Shown: positions 60,413-64,000 of the stretch, piece by piece | Layout: every line of letters starts with the position of its first letter | Position numbering within the stretch: the stretch's first letter is position 1 | Assembly: GCA_012513515.1 (NCBI GenBank) | Contig: JAAZCA010000029.1 | Span: forward strand, 105,812-169,811 | Length of the DNA: 64,000 bases | Reading direction: 5' to 3' | DNA from: Myxococcales bacterium | GTDB taxonomy: Bacteria; UBA10199; 2-02-FULL-44-16; JAAZCA01 | The notes under the pieces: generated by a model | The model's database searches: none | What the model saw: only the letters and a program-made list of their open reading frames with translations | What the model was told of the DNA's origin: nothing | Translations under genes and position numbers: made by a program

Positions 60413-60724
60413 TTATGTTTCGGATATCAGCCCTTTTTCCCATCTGCGCCCAACCAAAATTACCGAAGCGACAGTCAGAATGAAGAGCCAGCCCACGCCT
60501 GTTATCATGGCGATCCTACCGGGATATCCTCCGTAGGGACTATCGAGGCTATCAAATAGCGCGCCCGCCAATAGAATCAAGAGGATAACTGGGGCGACGT
60601 ATTTCAGCGAACGAACCCATATTCGCGGGCGACCGCCTGTCTTTCCACTGACATAATCCGAAATCCTCGGCGCAACGGAGAGCCGTCCAAACACCGAAAA
60701 CTCAGCAAACCCCGCAAACAGCAT
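60413..60724 (-). CDS. possible small membrane protein (2 TM)
   Basis: Fills the 357 nt gap between yihY and yfgM. Only the region downstream of the internal Met is non-overlapping. Confidence 0.2.
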   Translation of the reverse strand: MLFAGFAEFSVFGRLSVAPRISDYVSGKTGGRPRIWVRSLKYVAPVILLILLAGALFDSLDSPYGGYPGRIAMITGVGWLFILTVASVILVGRRWEKGLISET

Positions 60725-60759
60725 GCCGATCCGGCATTCCCTGTTCCGCGCATACCAGT

Positions 60760-61575
60760 TCACGGAGCTATCCTCCTGCGGTGCAATACCCCTTTGAACT
60801 GAAGGGCTGCAACGAGCTCCGCGCTGAATAAAAACACGAGCGAGAGATAATAAATCCACATGATCATAAGCACCACCGCCGTAAGAGAGCCGTAGATGAG
60901 ATTATATCTCTCTATCGCTGTCACCAGATACCAGCGGAATGCGAATCTGGCAGCGGCCAAGCCGAGGGAAAAAATCACTCCCCCAACAAAGGCGTAGCGC
61001 ACATAGACCTTCTGGTTCGGCACGACGACGACCGTTATCACGTAGGCCAGAAAGGAAACCATTATGAAATAGCTCTTTCCGGTCATCAGCCATGACAAGG
61101 GCAGATGAAACCCCGCCTGCGCGAATATCCCCTCGAAGATCCTCGCCGCGGTTGGAAGAGAAAAAAGAAGTGTAATTCCGACTATGATGACCACCCCAAG
61201 CAATCTCGAGTGAAGGAAAATCCTGCGCTTCTCCGCGTTGAAAACTACGTTCAGCGCCCTCTCGATGGAGGCGAGCACCAGCGTCGATACGAAGACGAGA
61301 AAGATAGTGCCATACAAGCTGAACGAGGACCTCTGCTTGAGCAACAGTTGAAGGTTGTTCACAAACTGCTCCCGCCCAAACGGTATAGCGTTGGTTACAA
61401 TTTCTACAACCCCGCGAAGGGCATCATCGGACCCTCCTATGAAATAACCGAGAAGCGATACAATTATCATGCCCATCGGTATCATCGCCAGCATCGAGCA
61501 GAAGGCGATATTTTCGGCCATCGCGTGACAGTCATTATTGAAAAAGGATTTCACAACTGAAACTATAAATTTCAT
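60760..61575 (-). CDS. YihY/BrkB family membrane protein
   Basis: Six TM helices with a YihY-like N-terminus. The track's long ORF overlaps the der stop; start taken at MKFIVSVV. Confidence 0.65.
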   Translation of the reverse strand: MKFIVSVVKSFFNNDCHAMAENIAFCSMLAMIPMGMIIVSLLGYFIGGSDDALRGVVEIVTNAIPFGREQFVNNLQLLLKQRSSFSLYGTIFLVFVSTLVLASIERALNVVFNAEKRRIFLHSRLLGVVIIVGITLLFSLPTAARIFEGIFAQAGFHLPLSWLMTGKSYFIMVSFLAYVITVVVVPNQKVYVRYAFVGGVIFSLGLAAARFAFRWYLVTAIERYNLIYGSLTAVVLMIMWIYYLSLVFLFSAELVAALQFKGVLHRRRIAP

Positions 61576-61589
61576 CTGCCAGTCCCTTC

Positions 61590-62891
61590 TCACTTTTTCC
61601 TACACACTATCTTAACAGGAATTCCCTCAACGCCCAGCGCAGCCATGATCTTCTTTGTGAGGTATCTCCTGTAGGAATATGGAACAGCCGCGGGATAATT
61701 GGAAAATAGGGCAAAAGTCGGAGGATTCTTACCCGTCTGTGTGGCGTAGTATATTCTAACCTGTTTTCCACGAAAGACGGGGAGATGGTGGTTGTCCAGC
61801 GCCTCCTGGATGATATCGTTCAGCTTCGACGTGGAAATTTCCGTTGAAAGGGCCTCCTGGATCTCGTCGATTTTTCTGAATAGCTTGAGGCAATTCGTTC
61901 CGCTCATCGCAGAGATGGGGAGTATAGAAAGATCATGCATGTCCCCCAGTCCCTTCCTGAGCCTCTCCTCATAAAGCTTCCATTCAACCTCGGCCAGATC
62001 CCACTTATTGACCAGAAGCACACATCCCTTTCCCTCTTCGCGCACAAATCCGGTAAGGTTTATATCCTGTTTGGTCAGGCCGTCGGCCGCATCGATGAGC
62101 TGCAATACGATGTCGGCCCTGTTCACCGTACGAAGGCTGCGCATCGCGGTAAACTTTTCGAGGCGGTCGGAAACTCCCCAGCGCCTTTTTACGCCGGCCG
62201 TATCTATAAAGACGTATTTTTTTCCGTCGAACTCTATCTCGACATCTATCGCATCTCGAGTCGTTCCCGCCATTTCATGGGCCACTACGCGCTCTTCCCC
62301 CGCCAGCCTGTTGATCAGAGTTGATTTGCCTACGTTGGGCTTACCAACTACCGCGATGGTAAGGGCATCCCCCTTTTCGCGTTCCTGCCAGTTGTCGGGA
62401 GATAGTTTTTCAAAGACCCTGTCGAGAAGATCGTCCACGCCAATTCCATGCTCAGCGGAAATCGCGGCGATCTCATCGACGCCAAGTTCGTAGTAAGCCA
62501 TTCCAAGGTCGCGATCCTCCGGTTCGTCCACCTTATTGACGGCAAAAAGCACGGGTTTTTCAGACTGCCTCAGTTTTTCCACCACGCTTCTATCCGCCGC
62601 CGTCGGATCGTTCCTCGCATCGAAAAGGCAGATTATCAGATCCGCTTCGCTTACGGCTATCAGACTCTGTTTTGTGATATGCCTGCCGAGATCGGCGTCG
62701 GGATCGAGATCGAGGCCGCCAGTATCGACGACGATGAACTTTTTCCCGCACCACTCCCCTTCCGCATAATGACGGTCGCGCGTGACCCCGGGGATATCGG
62801 CAACGATCGCCTTGCCGCGACCGACGAGGCGGTTGAAGAGGCGGGATTTCCCTACGTTGGGCCGCCCGACTATTGCGATAATTGGAAGCAT
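61590..62891 (-). CDS. der: ribosome-biogenesis GTPase Der (EngA)
   Basis: Two tandem G domains (GRPNVGKSRLFNRL and GKPNVGKSTLINRL) plus a KH-like C-terminus. Start at MLPIIAIVG. Confidence 0.9.
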   Translation of the reverse strand: MLPIIAIVGRPNVGKSRLFNRLVGRGKAIVADIPGVTRDRHYAEGEWCGKKFIVVDTGGLDLDPDADLGRHITKQSLIAVSEADLIICLFDARNDPTAADRSVVEKLRQSEKPVLFAVNKVDEPEDRDLGMAYYELGVDEIAAISAEHGIGVDDLLDRVFEKLSPDNWQEREKGDALTIAVVGKPNVGKSTLINRLAGEERVVAHEMAGTTRDAIDVEIEFDGKKYVFIDTAGVKRRWGVSDRLEKFTAMRSLRTVNRADIVLQLIDAADGLTKQDINLTGFVREEGKGCVLLVNKWDLAEVEWKLYEERLRKGLGDMHDLSILPISAMSGTNCLKLFRKIDEIQEALSTEISTSKLNDIIQEALDNHHLPVFRGKQVRIYYATQTGKNPPTFALFSNYPAAVPYSYRRYLTKKIMAALGVEGIPVKIVCRKK

Positions 62892-63059
62892 TAAACTCTC
62901 CGGATGCACAACTCCCCCCGCAGCGGCGGGAGGTTCGCGGTGATTAGACGATTTTCTTAGACAATTCAAGGAGATATTGCGCAGATTCGAAGAGGGATAA
63001 CCAGGCAAAGGTTGAGGTTCCGCCTACGCCATCGCACATAGTCCGTACAAATCAGAAGA

Positions 63060-64000
63060 TCAGAAGCTCACCTTATTCAAAGTTTCCCTGATCATCTTCT
63101 CTTTGTCGGCGATGAGCTTCGCCATCCCTTCCTCACGTTCCGAAAGCAGTTTTTTCACACGACTGAAGGGCTGACACCCCTTGCCGCGGGCATCTATGCG
63201 AAAGAACTCTACCTGCGAATTTCTGTATCCGTAGGCTCCGCATGATTTCCCCTTCGCCTTGGAGTCGAGGACGGTCGCCCTCATCTCTTCGCATATTCTC
63301 CTGTTTATTTCCTCGAGATAACTCTCTGCGGAGAGGTCGAAGGATCGCAAGAGGTCGCATTCGGCCTTCTCACCTTTATAAAAATCCAGACCGATGTTGA
63401 ACTTGCAGGAACCGCTTCTGGAGTATGATGCCGAATCCAAAACGGTTCCAAAAAAATCAGCATGTGGGACGAGCTGATCACATCCCTCCGTCGATGGAGT
63501 CACCCCGTCGCGCAACGGGTCTATGGTGGTGATCTCTACAAGACCATCATCACCCTCCTCCTCGCCATCAGTGGCAAGTTTACGCATGGGTTTTTCCCCA
63601 AGGAGCGCAGGAGCCATTTGGAGCTCCACCACCCCGTCCCCGATATCGGCTTCAGAAATTTCAGGAGACTCCACCAAAAGATTCGCATCAGGTTTAGTTT
63701 TTGATCCTTGCGACAAAACGCCTGAGGCGGAACCCGGTGAAGATATCGTTGAGGCAGTCTTGACGAAGGCGATGCAGCGATCAAAGCTCGGGAAGGGTCC
63801 AAACTTTTTATCACCTTCGCCGAAAAGTAAAAACTCGCCGGCCCTTTTTTCGTTTTGATCCACGCACTGCGTAACATATCCCTCACAGCGATCGGGATAC
63901 TTGGAGCCCTGGCATTTTTGTTTCGCGTAATCATCGGGGTCCGGTGAGGAATCAGCCGCCCGGAGGTCAACCTTCGGTTCTGGCTTTGGTTGAGGTTGAG
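63060..64000 (-). CDS. hypothetical protein; the 5-prime end lies beyond the window
   Basis: The reading frame stays open upstream of the track's GTG at 63863, through ...PDPDDYAKQKCQGSKYPDRCEGYVTQC..., to the window end. Confidence 0.4.
   Translation of the reverse strand, partial: QPQPKPEPKVDLRAADSSPDPDDYAKQKCQGSKYPDRCEGYVTQCVDQNEKRAGEFLLFGEGDKKFGPFPSFDRCIAFVKTASTISSPGSASGVLSQGSKTKPDANLLVESPEISEADIGDGVVELQMAPALLGEKPMRKLATDGEEEGDDGLVEITTIDPLRDGVTPSTEGCDQLVPHADFFGTVLDSASYSRSGSCKFNIGLDFYKGEKAECDLLRSFDLSAESYLEEINRRICEEMRATVLDSKAKGKSCGAYGYRNSQVEFFRIDARGKGCQPFSRVKKLLSEREEGMAKLIADKEKMIRETLNKVSF

Noticed and set aside
60413-60859. Full-length 148-aa ORF overlapping the yihY 3-prime end
   Set aside because: About 100 nt overlap the yihY end in another frame. 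Only the segment after the internal Met (60413..60724) is kept, at low confidence.
63536-63970. 144-aa minus-strand ORF in an alternative frame at the window end
   Set aside because: Its Arg/Lys-rich, low-complexity translation overlaps a more protein-like frame (63060 onward) that stays open to the window edge.

Overview
This 64 kb window is almost entirely chromosomal core genome from a Gram-negative (diderm) bacterium. Diderm markers present are BamB, an OmpA-like protein, DsbD and a YfgM-like protein. Nearly all genes lie on the minus strand. From 1 to 5 kb is the classic rplJ-rplA-rplK-nusG-secE-tRNA-Trp-rpmG-tuf cluster, read on the reverse strand. The ORF track misses rpmG and the GTG-initiated rplJ fragment. 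A thrU-tyrU-glyT-thrT-like tRNA array sits upstream of tuf, and two half-size tRNA-Gly remnants flank the intact tRNA-Gly. The rest is housekeeping: rlmB, an EF-G paralog, pyrF, proS, ispG, murB, rluB, scpAB, trpS, xerD, trmB, folE, dsbD, pgsA, hflX, dnaE, guaAB, bamB and der. Accessory-looking islands are interspersed among these genes. (i) A secreted metzincin-type protease with a sorting-signal-like C-terminus, plus a co-operonic secreted partner and a lipoprotein. (ii) A c-di-GMP neighbourhood: a J-domain-PilZ fusion, and a response regulator with an HD-GYP domain encoded with a solute-binding protein and a sensor kinase. (iii) Two separate PTS EIIA(Ntr/Fru)-domain fusion proteins. One is fused to a C4 zinc ribbon. 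The other is fused to an HTH domain and is translationally coupled to the head of the operon in (iv). (iv) A compact six-gene group-4-hydrogenase-like membrane complex whose catalytic subunit lacks the NiFe-binding cysteines (Ehr-type). (v) A diadenylate cyclase with an unusual N-terminal domain. (vi) An OmpA-family protein with four Cys-pair repeats. (vii) A three-copy dispersed palindromic repeat, a hexanucleotide microsatellite and a CTAG-dense hairpin in intergenic DNA. No CRISPR array, transposase, or clear prophage was seen. All calls rest on reading the six-frame translations and the nucleotide sequence by eye; nothing was searched against a database.
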